NCBI GenBank assembly: GCA_036850965.1
Contig: JAZGQO010000002.1
Coordinates: 26,932,901-26,996,900, forward strand
Origin: Patella caerulea
Taxonomy: Eukaryota
DNA length: 64,000 bases
Direction of reading: 5' to 3'
The position numbers and the translations under genes were made by a program. The notes under the pieces are model-generated. The model was not told where the DNA came from. It saw nothing but the letters and a program-made list of their open reading frames with translations, and ran no database searches. How positions within the stretch are numbered: the first letter of the stretch is position 1; the number at the start of each line of letters is the position of its first letter. Below are positions 1 to 8,568 of the stretch, piece after piece.

Positions 1-1
1 T

Positions 2-271
2 AGACTAGATCAAAGAATGTCCATGAGTATCTGTCACGTGTCCCCTCCCGATGGTAGAGGTAGCGGAACAAACACGAAGAAGAGACACTGCGCAAATTTC
101 GACGATTATTTGAAGAAAAAGCAATGTTTGGTCACCATAAAGAATGCCGACGAACTCTGTTTTCAGCGAGCTATAGTCGTCGCTCGTCATTATGCCAACA
201 AACAGGACACGCCTGAATGGGTAAGAGAGAAGAAGAGATTAACCAACAACACAGGACCCCGAACATGGTAG
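2..271 (+). pseudogene. OTU-like cysteine protease (deubiquitinase) N-terminal segment. It is in frame with the pPolB ORF but cut off by TAG at 269-271.
   Basis: Cys-box-like NADELCFQRAIV (D..C.F.RA) lies here. The His-box-like LYLHDRHYDVI lies about 110 aa downstream inside the 332-3673 ORF. Same frame (frame 2), open to the window edge. TAG differs from TGG (Trp) by one base. Confidence 0.55.
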
Positions 272-331
272 ACCAGAAAAACGGAAGCACTCATCGATGC
301 TGTCGGTGGAGCCAGGCAAGCCTGTACGGGG

Positions 332-3300
332 ATGGAAACCTGGGAATTGTACGCCAAGTATTTGGGGGAGCAAGGTTATCAGCTCAACGTTTTCTCTCGG
401 GCCATCTTTGGGAAGGCGATTTATCGGGGAACAAAACACGTCACAGGCACACCAAAACATCTGAACCTGTATTTACACGACAGGCATTACGACGTCATTA
501 CCTCCATGCCCGCCTTTGTAGAAAGGTCGTATTTTTGCGAGACCTGTCAAGTAGGATACGATCATGCCGAGATACATTCGTGTCACGTCATGTGTCATGG
601 ATGTAAGACAGTGGGTCCACCCTGTCCACCTGATCCCAACACAAAGACGTGTTACCGTTGTCATCGTGTGTTTGTGAGCCGCCAGTGTTTCGACAACCAT
701 CTCGCCACCCGTTCCAGAGCCAAGTGCAGTGTATGTTATCGATGGAAGAAATGTGAGAAATGTCAAAAAGAGTGGGACGTCATCAAGGCCAAGCGCAATT
801 TGGAAGAACACCGATGTGGAGAATACGAATGTTCCATCTGCCGAGAGTGGCACACGGCCGAGAAACAGTTTTGTTACATCCAACCACTGAAATCACCCAT
901 CGACATGAATAAAGACCGCAAGACCCAAATGGACAAACTACAGAAATCAACGTTGACCCGCTTCGTCTTCTTTGACTTTGAATGCCAGCAAGATACCGGT
1001 GAACACATTCCCAACCTATGTGTCCTGCAAACCTGCTGTCACTTTTGTATCGACAATCAAGATCCCTGCGAGCATTGCGACACGTACTGGAATCACCAAA
1101 GAGAAATGGTGTTTAAAGGCCCAGACACGCTGGACGATGTAGGAAAATGGTTTTTGCAACTCGCTGCACACGGTACGGTGGTAGATGGTCGGAAACATGA
1201 CAGTCACGAATCGAGTCCCGTGATTGCCGTGGCTCACAACTTTAAAGGTTACGACGGACTGCTGATTTTACAGACGCTGCACAAACATTCCGTGGCGCAA
1301 CCCGAAGTGATTATGAATGGCGGTAAAGCGATGACGATCACTGTCGGTACGGTAAAATTCATCGATTCCCTCAACTTTTTACCGATGGCTTTACGGGACA
1401 TGCCCAAGACCTTTGGCCTGCAAGAACTCAAGAAAGGTTATTTCCCTCACCACTTTAACAGACCGGAGAACGAAGAATACGTGGGCGCCTATCCTCCCGA
1501 CACCGATTACGATCCGGATGGCATGAGTGTGACTGAACGAGAAAAATTTCACGAGTGGTACCAACAACACAGTCACCACGTCTTTGATTTTCGCCAGGAA
1601 ATTCTCGCCTACTGTAAGAGTGACGTCGATGTCCTCCGCCGATGCTGTGGCGTGTTTCGAGAGATATTTCTCATGGACACGGGAATCGATCCCTTCGAAA
1701 AAAGTTTGACCCTGGCCTCTGCCTGCAGTCGCGTGTTACGCACGCACTACATCAAGAAAGACACCCTCGTCGTCATTCCTCGAGCCCTGATGCAAGAGCT
1801 AAAACTTGGTAAGGACTGGCACCGCTTCCAGCCTCGACAACAGTCCAACAAAGCCCTTCGATGGTTGGAATGGGAACAACATCAACAGACCATGGCAGCT
1901 TTCCGAAACCAGACCCCACTACCCAACATTCGACACGCCCGTAACGGTAGTGAATGCCGAGTTGGCCCTTATAGCTTAGATGGCATGGACAAGACCACGG
2001 GTACGGTGTACGAATTTCACGGGTGTGCCTTTCACGGTTGTCCCAAATGTTATCCGGGTCCCGTCCAAGACCTTCAGCATAAACATCCCTACGATCCATC
2101 TCGCAGTATGAGGGACTTGTACCAGCAGACCCAAGAACGTCACCGTCGACTCCAGGAACAGTACGGTATGCAGACCATCCGCGTCATGTGGGAGTGTGAG
2201 ATGGAGGAAGAACGACGCCACGATCCCGAGATGGACGAATTTTTACAAGGCTTGGAAGATCAGCAATGGCCCGCTCCCGAACCACTGATGCCCCGCAACG
2301 CTTTCTTCGGCGGAAGAACCAATGCCATCCAACTGTTGGTGAACGAGTCGGTGGAAGACATGCGCTACATCGACGTGGTGTCCTTGTACCCTTACATCTG
2401 CAAGTACGGTACCTTTCCCATCAAGGAACCCACGATCGTCACACAGCCCGATCAAGACCAGTGGCAACAGTACGAAGGGTTGATCCAGTGTTCCGTCTTG
2501 CCGCCCCGTGGCCTGTACCATCCAGTGCTCCCGTTTCGGAGCAAACAGAAATTGGTGTTTGCCCTATGTCGAAGCTGCGTCGACGAACACATGCAACAAG
2601 GGGAGATTGCCGAATACCAACCGTGTGAGCACACCGACGAACAGCGAGCCTGGGTGGGTACGTTTGTCACCCTGGAACTCAAGAAAGCGGTGACCCTAGG
2701 ATACCAAGTACTGAAATTCTACGAAGTTTGGCACTGGAAAGAATTCAGCACTTACGATCCCGAGGCCAAAACGGGTGGTCTGTTTACTGGGTACATCAAT
2801 CACTACCTGAAGAAGAAGATGGAAAGCAGCGGTTATCCCGACACCTGTCACACCGAAGAAGACAAGACCCGCTTCGTCAACGACGTGTACGACACGGAAG
2901 GTATTCGTCTGGATCCCGCGTCGATAAAACCCAACAAAGGGATGCGGGCGTTTAGCAAGTTACAATTGAACACAGCATGGGGTAAATTCGGACAGAGAGA
3001 CAACTTTCCCAAAACAGAATACATCACGGAGCCCAGCGTCTATTTTGAAAAAATGTTGGACGTGACCCAGACCGTACGAGATGTGCAGTTAGTCAACGAT
3101 AACATGGTCTTGATGGAAACGTTGAAAAAAGAAGAACACGTCGCACCCTGCCCCATCACCAACGTGGTTATCGCCGCCTTTGTCACTGCCCAGGCCCGTT
3201 TGAAACTCTATTCCGTCTTGGAAAAGTTGGGAGAAAGGGTATGCTATTTTGACACCGACAGCGTCATCTACCAATACCACGCCACGTCATGGAATCCCCC

Positions 3301-3673
3301 GGAAGGTTCTAGTTTGGGTCAGTGGAAGAACGAGTTGCCCGAAGATGTCACCATTCGAGAATTTGTTAGCGGAGGGCCAAAGAATTACGCGTACCGCCAG
3401 AGCGATGGAAAAACTGTATGTAAAGTCCGGGGATTCACCTTGAATTACCGTGCCTCCCAGCAGCTGAACTACGCCATCATGAAGGAGAATGTACGGCACG
3501 TCAATCAAAACGAGCCTCTGGTCATAGCCAATCCGTTCAAGATTACCAGATCACGTGACCGCCGTCTTTGGACACGCCCCGAGAACAAAAGATATAAAAT
3601 CGTGTATGACAAGCGGTTTGTTCAATTCAATGACGATGGCCAACCGAGCAACACTTACCCCTATGGATACTGA
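332..3673 (+). CDS. Protein-primed family B DNA polymerase (pPolB) with a Cys/His-rich N-terminal region.
   Basis: Exo I FVFFDFECQ, Exo II HNFKGYDG, Exo III YCKSDVDVL. Pol motif A DVVSLYPY, motif B KLQLNTAWGKFGQR, motif C YFDTDSV. Confidence 0.9.
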   Translation: METWELYAKYLGEQGYQLNVFSRAIFGKAIYRGTKHVTGTPKHLNLYLHDRHYDVITSMPAFVERSYFCETCQVGYDHAEIHSCHVMCHGCKTVGPPCPPDPNTKTCYRCHRVFVSRQCFDNHLATRSRAKCSVCYRWKKCEKCQKEWDVIKAKRNLEEHRCGEYECSICREWHTAEKQFCYIQPLKSPIDMNKDRKTQMDKLQKSTLTRFVFFDFECQQDTGEHIPNLCVLQTCCHFCIDNQDPCEHCDTYWNHQREMVFKGPDTLDDVGKWFLQLAAHGTVVDGRKHDSHESSPVIAVAHNFKGYDGLLILQTLHKHSVAQPEVIMNGGKAMTITVGTVKFIDSLNFLPMALRDMPKTFGLQELKKGYFPHHFNRPENEEYVGAYPPDTDYDPDGMSVTEREKFHEWYQQHSHHVFDFRQEILAYCKSDVDVLRRCCGVFREIFLMDTGIDPFEKSLTLASACSRVLRTHYIKKDTLVVIPRALMQELKLGKDWHRFQPRQQSNKALRWLEWEQHQQTMAAFRNQTPLPNIRHARNGSECRVGPYSLDGMDKTTGTVYEFHGCAFHGCPKCYPGPVQDLQHKHPYDPSRSMRDLYQQTQERHRRLQEQYGMQTIRVMWECEMEEERRHDPEMDEFLQGLEDQQWPAPEPLMPRNAFFGGRTNAIQLLVNESVEDMRYIDVVSLYPYICKYGTFPIKEPTIVTQPDQDQWQQYEGLIQCSVLPPRGLYHPVLPFRSKQKLVFALCRSCVDEHMQQGEIAEYQPCEHTDEQRAWVGTFVTLELKKAVTLGYQVLKFYEVWHWKEFSTYDPEAKTGGLFTGYINHYLKKKMESSGYPDTCHTEEDKTRFVNDVYDTEGIRLDPASIKPNKGMRAFSKLQLNTAWGKFGQRDNFPKTEYITEPSVYFEKMLDVTQTVRDVQLVNDNMVLMETLKKEEHVAPCPITNVVIAAFVTAQARLKLYSVLEKLGERVCYFDTDSVIYQYHATSWNPPEGSSLGQWKNELPEDVTIREFVSGGPKNYAYRQSDGKTVCKVRGFTLNYRASQQLNYAIMKENVRHVNQNEPLVIANPFKITRSRDRRLWTRPENKRYKIVYDKRFVQFNDDGQPSNTYPYGY
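3593..3600 (+). promoter_or_regulatory. TATA box (TATAAAAT) inside the pPolB 3' coding region, 37 nt upstream of the ATG of the death-domain gene.
   Basis: Spacing matches the other TATA-to-ATG pairs in this element. Confidence 0.45.
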
Positions 3674-4475
3674 CTTGCGGGTCTCGGGAACATGGCGAAC
3701 GAACGGAGAAGAGGACGAACCGGCAGAAAATATGATCGAGAAACTTAGACAACGATGGCTCAACTTTCGAGTGTTGAAATGTTTCCTGCCCATTATAGAA
3801 GAAAGGCAACACGAAGAGTGTATCGGCTGCAAGTACGAACATCCCAGTCAGAGATACCACTCGTGTCTGGGACTAGGCGTTTCTTCCATAACGGGTCAAC
3901 CCTCGCACCCCGTGGACGATTACAATCACTACCTTTGGGTGGACGAGCCGAAACTGCAAGACATCGATAACGTGCTAGGCAGTATGATGGACGATCCACG
4001 GGATCAAGTCAAGACGTGGGAGGACGAACAACGATGGCGAGAAGACGTCGACAAAGCCTTGAAAAAGTTCTGGACGGTGGTACCGGGCTTTAAGACCTCG
4101 TTGATCAAACGCAAAGACGAGTTTGTCGAACAGAAAGAAGACTCCATACGCCAGTGGATGGACGGTTTGCCGAAGAAAAAGAAACGATGGTCTCTGGATC
4201 AAATGGATATCAATGTCATGTCCGGCAACATGGGAGAAGACTGGGAATGTATTGGCAGACATCTGGGGATCAGAGAAGCGCGAATCAGTCAAGCCAAGAT
4301 GAGTCATCCCAACAACGCGCGCATGCAAATCTTCACCGTGTTCAATCAATGGCGACAAAAGCACGGTAATGGAGCCGACCTGATGACGTTGTTGGAAGCC
4401 TGTCACGTGAGTGAAGCCTTGATCGATTGGGACGAAGTGAAAAAGTACGTGGACAGCCTGGAAATCATAGACTAA
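3630..4475 (+). CDS. Element-encoded protein with a C-terminal death domain (DD superfamily).
   Basis: The C-terminal ~80 aa (GEDWECIGRHLGIREARISQ..PNNAR...FNQWRQKHGNGADLMTLLEACHVSEAL) aligns without gaps to the FADD/MyD88 death-domain pattern (NxGxDW..(L/I)(A/G)R.L, second W about 36 aa later, A..L..AL). Candidate ATGs are at 3630, 3636 and 3663; the ORF overlaps the pPolB stop. Confidence 0.55.
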   Translation: MTMANRATLTPMDTDLRVSGTWRTNGEEDEPAENMIEKLRQRWLNFRVLKCFLPIIEERQHEECIGCKYEHPSQRYHSCLGLGVSSITGQPSHPVDDYNHYLWVDEPKLQDIDNVLGSMMDDPRDQVKTWEDEQRWREDVDKALKKFWTVVPGFKTSLIKRKDEFVEQKEDSIRQWMDGLPKKKKRWSLDQMDINVMSGNMGEDWECIGRHLGIREARISQAKMSHPNNARMQIFTVFNQWRQKHGNGADLMTLLEACHVSEALIDWDEVKKYVDSLEIID

Positions 4476-4524
4476 ACAACGAACCAATCAAAACGAAGGA
4501 AAAGAAAGAACCAATCAAAAGCGA

Positions 4525-4551
4525 GTGACGTCACGACCAAGACTATAAGAA
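4525..4551 (+). promoter_or_regulatory. Promoter of the CCHC gene: CRE palindrome GTGACGTCAC, two CCAAT boxes (4484, 4512), TATAAGA at 4544.
   Basis: The motifs are read directly. After removing the SINE and one duplication copy, the TATA-to-ATG distance is about 43 nt. Confidence 0.5.
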
Positions 4552-4574
4552 GCGAAGTGTCAGACTGAAATTTC

Positions 4575-4722
4575 CAAAAACCGGGGGGTTGGGATGGCCT
4601 AGTGGTCTAGAGTGCCGCGCTTCGACCTCTAGCTGGCCGGTCACCTCTGGCTTGCGGCTGTGGTTTCGAGCCCTGGTGTGAGCGTATGTGGCATGGAGAT
4701 AGGGGCTCCTTCTCAACCTCGT

Positions 4723-4753
<31 letters not shown>

Positions 4754-4861
4754 ACAGCAAAGACCCCTGCGCGTGCGCTAAGATAATGAAAATCAAAAAT
4801 AAGACTTGTCTGCGATATCACCTTCGGTGGAAGCGGACGTTAAACACCAAGAACAACAACA
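4575..4861 (+). mobile_element. tRNA-derived SINE inserted between the TATA box and the ATG of the CCHC gene, flanked by an 11-bp target-site duplication ACTGAAATTTC (4564-4574 and 4862-4872).
   Basis: tRNA-like head with A/B boxes (TAGTGGTCTAGAG ... GTTTCGAGCCC), a conserved core and a (CAA)n tail. A second copy of the same head and core lies reverse-complemented at 26232-26522. Confidence 0.8.
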
Positions 4862-4884
4862 ACTGAAATTTCATTCTGCTCTCG

Positions 4885-5409
4885 ATGGCTAGTCAAGCTT
4901 GTTTCTCCTGTAACAATGTCGGACACTGGTATAGAGACTGCCCTGCTCGTTCCCAACAACAGCAACGAAAACCAAGACAAGACAGACCAGCCTACGGTTC
5001 CTATGGAAGTTGTTACCTCTGCGGAGAACCAGGACACTGGGCACCCCAGTGTGGAAAACGAACAGAAGCCCAAAAAGCGAAGAGTGATGAAGAAAGAAAA
5101 GAAACTGTCAAAAGAAAGTGTTACGGAATCAAGAGACCCACCGACGAAAATCACAAGTGCCTCAACTGTGGACAGCTCGGGCACGGCCTGCTCGAGTGCC
5201 AAGAAGAAATCCAAACAGAAAACAACTTTGAAGCCGTTGCCAGTCGCATGTTCGACAACAACATCGACATGCCCAGAGACAACACCCGCAGTCAGCGATA
5301 CTGGTTCTGGTGCGGAGAAGCGTTCGAGCTCTACAGACGATACAAAGAAAAAAAGAAAACAGCTGACGAAGCTTTCTATTCCACCGACTATTCTCCCGAC
5401 TACCAGTGA
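4885..5409 (+). CDS. Nucleic-acid-binding protein with three CCHC zinc knuckles (CX2CX4HX4C).
   Basis: CFSCNNVGHWYRDC, CYLCGEPGHWAPQC, CLNCGQLGHGLLEC. Confidence 0.7.
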   Translation: MASQACFSCNNVGHWYRDCPARSQQQQRKPRQDRPAYGSYGSCYLCGEPGHWAPQCGKRTEAQKAKSDEERKETVKRKCYGIKRPTDENHKCLNCGQLGHGLLECQEEIQTENNFEAVASRMFDNNIDMPRDNTRSQRYWFWCGEAFELYRRYKEKKKTADEAFYSTDYSPDYQ

Positions 5410-5722
5410 AAACGGTGAAACTTCGAACGGTGAAATCCCGAAGACGGCTGTCCTCTTGTTGGCAGAGAAGGAAGCAGAAAGTTTTTCCCGAGCACTCATC
5501 CAATATGCGGGCCCGAGAGATATGACCGAAGTCTTGTCGTATCCCCCTTGTTTCGATATGAGTGAATGGATACCCGTCGTCGTCACGTTTGCTGAAGTGG
5601 AAGACTGGCACCCACACGACACGATGCAGAAGCTTTTGGGACATGTGTATTGGATTCCTCGCGTCCTGAGAAATGTACCCTGGGTGAGACAAGAGATCCT
5701 GAAGAGAGAACGCGATAACTAA
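5410..5722 (+). other. Protein-like ORF continuing past the CCHC ORF stop in the +1 frame (C-terminal part of the 4916-5722 ORF). Possible frameshift or spliced C-terminal extension of the CCHC protein.
   Basis: Non-random sequence (…EVEDWHPHDTMQKLLGHVYWIPRVLRNVPW…) fills the otherwise ~460-nt gap before the next promoter. Confidence 0.3.
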
Positions 5723-5869
5723 TTTTTTCTTTTCCTTTGTATGATATGTTCTATTGAATGTTCTTTTCCTTTGTATGATATGTTTGTTGCATTGAATGTT
5801 CTTTTTGTATTTTTAGTAAAATAAATTGTGTTCTAATTTCACTCCATGTCTGTTGTTCTGGCGCGAAGG

Positions 5870-5877
5870 TATAAAAG
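5870..5877 (+). promoter_or_regulatory. TATA box (TATAAAAGG), 43 nt upstream of the ATPase ATG. A poly(A) signal AATAAA lies just upstream (~5821).
   Basis: Direct read. Confidence 0.5.
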
Positions 5878-5912
5878 GCAGGGGAAAAGGGAATGGGGGA
5901 AAACAGTGCAAG

Positions 5913-6524
5913 ATGGATGTGACGTTCAAACATCCCTTTACCATGTTAGTCAGTGGTCCAACGGGTGTTGGGAAAACGGTCTTTGTGCAGAAGTTTCTTC
6001 AAGCGTCCCTGTTCGACGTCCCTCCCCAACGTATCGTGTGGGCTTATGGCGAATGGCAAGAGAGTTACGATCGCTTTCCCTACACTTATGTCAAAGGTTT
6101 GACGGATATTGACGACGTGATGGGTCAAGTCAAAGGTCCACAAGTCTTAGTCGTGGACGATTTGATGGGAGAAGACACGGAGATATTGCAAAAGTGGTTC
6201 ACGAAAAAGAGTCATCACCACGACACGAGTGTCATTTACATTGTGCAAAACTTGTTTGACAAGCAACAGCGTACCATCAGTCTGAATGCTCATTACTTGG
6301 TCTTGTTCAAAAATCCCCGAGACGCCTCGCAAATTGGTGTGTTGGCCCGTCAGATGTACCCTTCCCGTTCCAAGTATATGCAAGAAGCTTATGAAGATGC
6401 GACGAGTACCCCTCGCAGTTACTTACTCGTTGATTTGAAGCCCGACACACCCGAAGCTTTGCGACTGAGATCCAACATTTTACCCCAAGAGGAACCACCC
6501 ATCGTCTACGTCCAAAAAGTATAA
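5913..6524 (+). CDS. P-loop ATPase, putative genome-packaging ATPase (A32/IVa2/FtsK-HerA-like).
   Basis: Walker A GPTGVGKT, Walker B VLVVDDL, downstream YIVQN. About 204 aa. Confidence 0.6.
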   Translation: MDVTFKHPFTMLVSGPTGVGKTVFVQKFLQASLFDVPPQRIVWAYGEWQESYDRFPYTYVKGLTDIDDVMGQVKGPQVLVVDDLMGEDTEILQKWFTKKSHHHDTSVIYIVQNLFDKQQRTISLNAHYLVLFKNPRDASQIGVLARQMYPSRSKYMQEAYEDATSTPRSYLLVDLKPDTPEALRLRSNILPQEEPPIVYVQKV

Positions 6525-6527
6525 AAG
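6520..6527 (+). promoter_or_regulatory. TATA box (TATAAAAGGGGG), 45 nt upstream of ATG 6565.
   Basis: Direct read. Confidence 0.5.
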
Positions 6528-6564
6528 GGGGACCTGTACCTCGAATTGACTCTTGTTTGTCACG

Positions 6565-7518
6565 ATGGCTCGTACGAAGAATACGCAGAGGAAACACCCA
6601 CCTCCCACCCTTCCCAGGGCGACGTTCCCGACGTTGGCACCGGACCTTCGTGATCCCACGGTACGAAGTCAGACTCGCCCGAGAATGAGGGCCCCCAGAA
6701 CACAGTGGTCACCTCCCTCGTTGACACCACCCACGAGTCCCATGTCTCCTTTACCGGCCACACCACCACGTTTCACCTTACCGGTCACACCTCCACGTCC
6801 CTCGTCACCACCTTCCCCTGCTCGGTCTCTCTCCCCGATCTTTCGCAGACCACGAAGAGAAAAGAAGAGTTCTATGAAAGGACTCAAGTCCTTCATTCGC
6901 AAGTTACAACATCTGACTCCCGATATGGCTTATGGGCAGTTGGTCAAGAATACGGGCCGGGCACGTATTGGATTGTTGCAGTGGTTCAAGTTGGCGGCCA
7001 ACCATTTGCTGAAGGGTAACATTCAGCCACTGCACGCTCAACACAAGAAATGGGTGGAACGAAATCGACAAGTGTTGACCCAACTGACGGAGAGAAACAT
7101 GCCGACGACCGAAAAACTCTCCCTGATCATGAAACCTGGGGGACGTGGATTTTTTGGGGGTGTGTTGATTCGTATCTTGCTGCGATGGAAGGAAAGGCTG
7201 CAAGAGGAAAGAAACAAGAAACGAAATCAATTCGTTCGACGGACCGCACAGCGCGGAAGGGGACTGAGTACCGAAGAATTGAACAAACATCGAGCGTTGC
7301 TTCGCAAACTGAGTAATGTTCCACCCGACGTCAAACGGCGACTTGTCGATCAACAGGGTGGGGCCATCGGGGCATTGCTGGCCATGGCCCTCCCGGCTTT
7401 GGCCCCCTTGGTATCTAATCTATTGGGTGGACAAAAGGGTGGTAAACATCCCTTCCTTAGAAGGCACGATAGAGCAAACGCTATGGCTGCCGAGCTATCT
7501 AAACTATTTGGTGGATAA
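6565..7518 (+). CDS. Pro/Arg-rich putative virion core protein whose N-terminus resembles the histone H3 tail. C-terminal Gly/Ala-rich hydrophobic segment.
   Basis: N-terminus MARTKNTQRK versus H3 MARTKQTARK. PPxP repeats, RRPRREKK, and GGAIGALLAMALPALAPLVSNLLGG near the C-terminus. The ORF-track start at 6553 is TTG; the first ATG is 6565. Confidence 0.5.
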   Translation: MARTKNTQRKHPPPTLPRATFPTLAPDLRDPTVRSQTRPRMRAPRTQWSPPSLTPPTSPMSPLPATPPRFTLPVTPPRPSSPPSPARSLSPIFRRPRREKKSSMKGLKSFIRKLQHLTPDMAYGQLVKNTGRARIGLLQWFKLAANHLLKGNIQPLHAQHKKWVERNRQVLTQLTERNMPTTEKLSLIMKPGGRGFFGGVLIRILLRWKERLQEERNKKRNQFVRRTAQRGRGLSTEELNKHRALLRKLSNVPPDVKRRLVDQQGGAIGALLAMALPALAPLVSNLLGGQKGGKHPFLRRHDRANAMAAELSKLFGG

Positions 7519-7534
7519 CCCAGAGAACAGAAAG

Positions 7535-7542
7535 GTATAAAA
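7535..7542 (+). promoter_or_regulatory. TATA box (TATAAAAAGGG), 39 nt upstream of ATG 7574.
   Basis: Direct read. Confidence 0.5.
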
Positions 7543-7573
7543 AGGGAACCGGAGAACGACCCCGAGCTCAGTC

Positions 7574-8026
7574 ATGGAGACACTGCGGTATCTCTTGAAC
7601 ACTGCACCGAAAGACCGTCCCCTTTTACTCGAGACCCAACCCATTGTCGACGGTGTGTGTGAGTGTATTGGAAACCTGATTCGCGGCAACGTTCCTGTGA
7701 CCGACAAAGAAGTCAAGCGCTTGAAAAAGGACGCCCCCTTGTTACGACGTTTGGGCACGTCTAAAACACCTTGGAAGACCCGTCGGCGACTTTTGAAGCA
7801 ACAGAAAGGGGGATTCTACACTCGATTGTTTCGGTCCTTTCCCAAAGATGAAATTCGCCAAGAAAATGAAACTGGTACCCTTCGAGGGACTCCCCGACGT
7901 CAAACCCGTCGAAGTCAGGCCAGTCGAACCCGTGTACGATCGAGATCCACTGCAGCAGGCCGTCGAGAATGTCCACCAAGACATGCAACACGTGCTAAAC
8001 GATCCCACCCTAACCGACGAAAATAA
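7574..8026 (+). CDS. Hypothetical protein with an Arg-rich C-terminus. Overlaps ORF 7848-8537 in another frame, so only one of the two may be real over the overlap.
   Basis: ATG follows the TATA box at the canonical spacing. The tail (…RRQTRRSQASRTRVRSRS…) could be an out-of-frame artefact. Confidence 0.35.
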   Translation: METLRYLLNTAPKDRPLLLETQPIVDGVCECIGNLIRGNVPVTDKEVKRLKKDAPLLRRLGTSKTPWKTRRRLLKQQKGGFYTRLFRSFPKDEIRQENETGTLRGTPRRQTRRSQASRTRVRSRSTAAGRRECPPRHATRAKRSHPNRRK

Positions 8027-8537
8027 AATGCAACGGTACGGACAGTTGTTACATCGTTATCAAACGATGCAAAGGAAAAGAAAACAGGTTGTTCCCTTGT
8101 TGGACGACAACATACCCGAGCCAAGAGAAGAAGAAACTTCGGAGGCACCCATCCTGGAGTCGGTCCCTCGACCTTATCAACACCGAGCTCGCCTTTTGTT
8201 GAAACACATGAAAGAAAAGACACCTTGGTCGTGGAACGAGAACTTGGAATTGGTTCGGAATGGGGTACCCGTACCCAACACCAATGCCATTGACATTGTG
8301 AACGATTTGGTTCGTCGACGAAAGAATACCCAGGCTCCCGTGGGATGGTTTGGCGTGATGCAAAGTTTGAAGGCCACGAACGTACCGCGCGAAGCCATCG
8401 GGAATCAAGAACGATGGAACGTGTTGTCCACACCACCGACACGGACTCCGCCGCGACGCCCGAGAAAGAAGAAAATCTCCAGTACGGATACGCCTAGTAT
8501 ACCTACCAGAAGATGGCTCTCCTTGCAAAAACTATAA
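7848..8537 (+). CDS. Hypothetical protein (229 aa), possibly a virion or assembly protein.
   Basis: Long GC-rich ORF with protein-like composition ending at the next TATA box. No recognisable motif. Confidence 0.4.
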   Translation: MKFAKKMKLVPFEGLPDVKPVEVRPVEPVYDRDPLQQAVENVHQDMQHVLNDPTLTDENKMQRYGQLLHRYQTMQRKRKQVVPLLDDNIPEPREEETSEAPILESVPRPYQHRARLLLKHMKEKTPWSWNENLELVRNGVPVPNTNAIDIVNDLVRRRKNTQAPVGWFGVMQSLKATNVPREAIGNQERWNVLSTPPTRTPPRRPRKKKISSTDTPSIPTRRWLSLQKL

Positions 8538-8541
8538 ATAG
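8534..8541 (+). promoter_or_regulatory. TATA box (TATAAATAG), 35 nt upstream of the integrase ATG.
   Basis: Direct read. Confidence 0.5.
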
Positions 8542-8568
8542 CCTGTTCATAGGGACACCTGCTGAAAC

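Noticed and set aside
217-883. ORFs 217-606 and 473-883 overlapping the pPolB gene in other frames.
   Set aside because: Alternative-frame artefacts of a GC-rich coding region. The pPolB frame carries all the conserved motifs.
4576-4680. tRNA-like sequence (A and B boxes), also at ~26420-26520, 45830-45950 and 56090-56150.
   Set aside because: In every case it is the 5' head of a SINE (followed by the SINE core and tail, with target-site duplications), not an autonomous tRNA gene.
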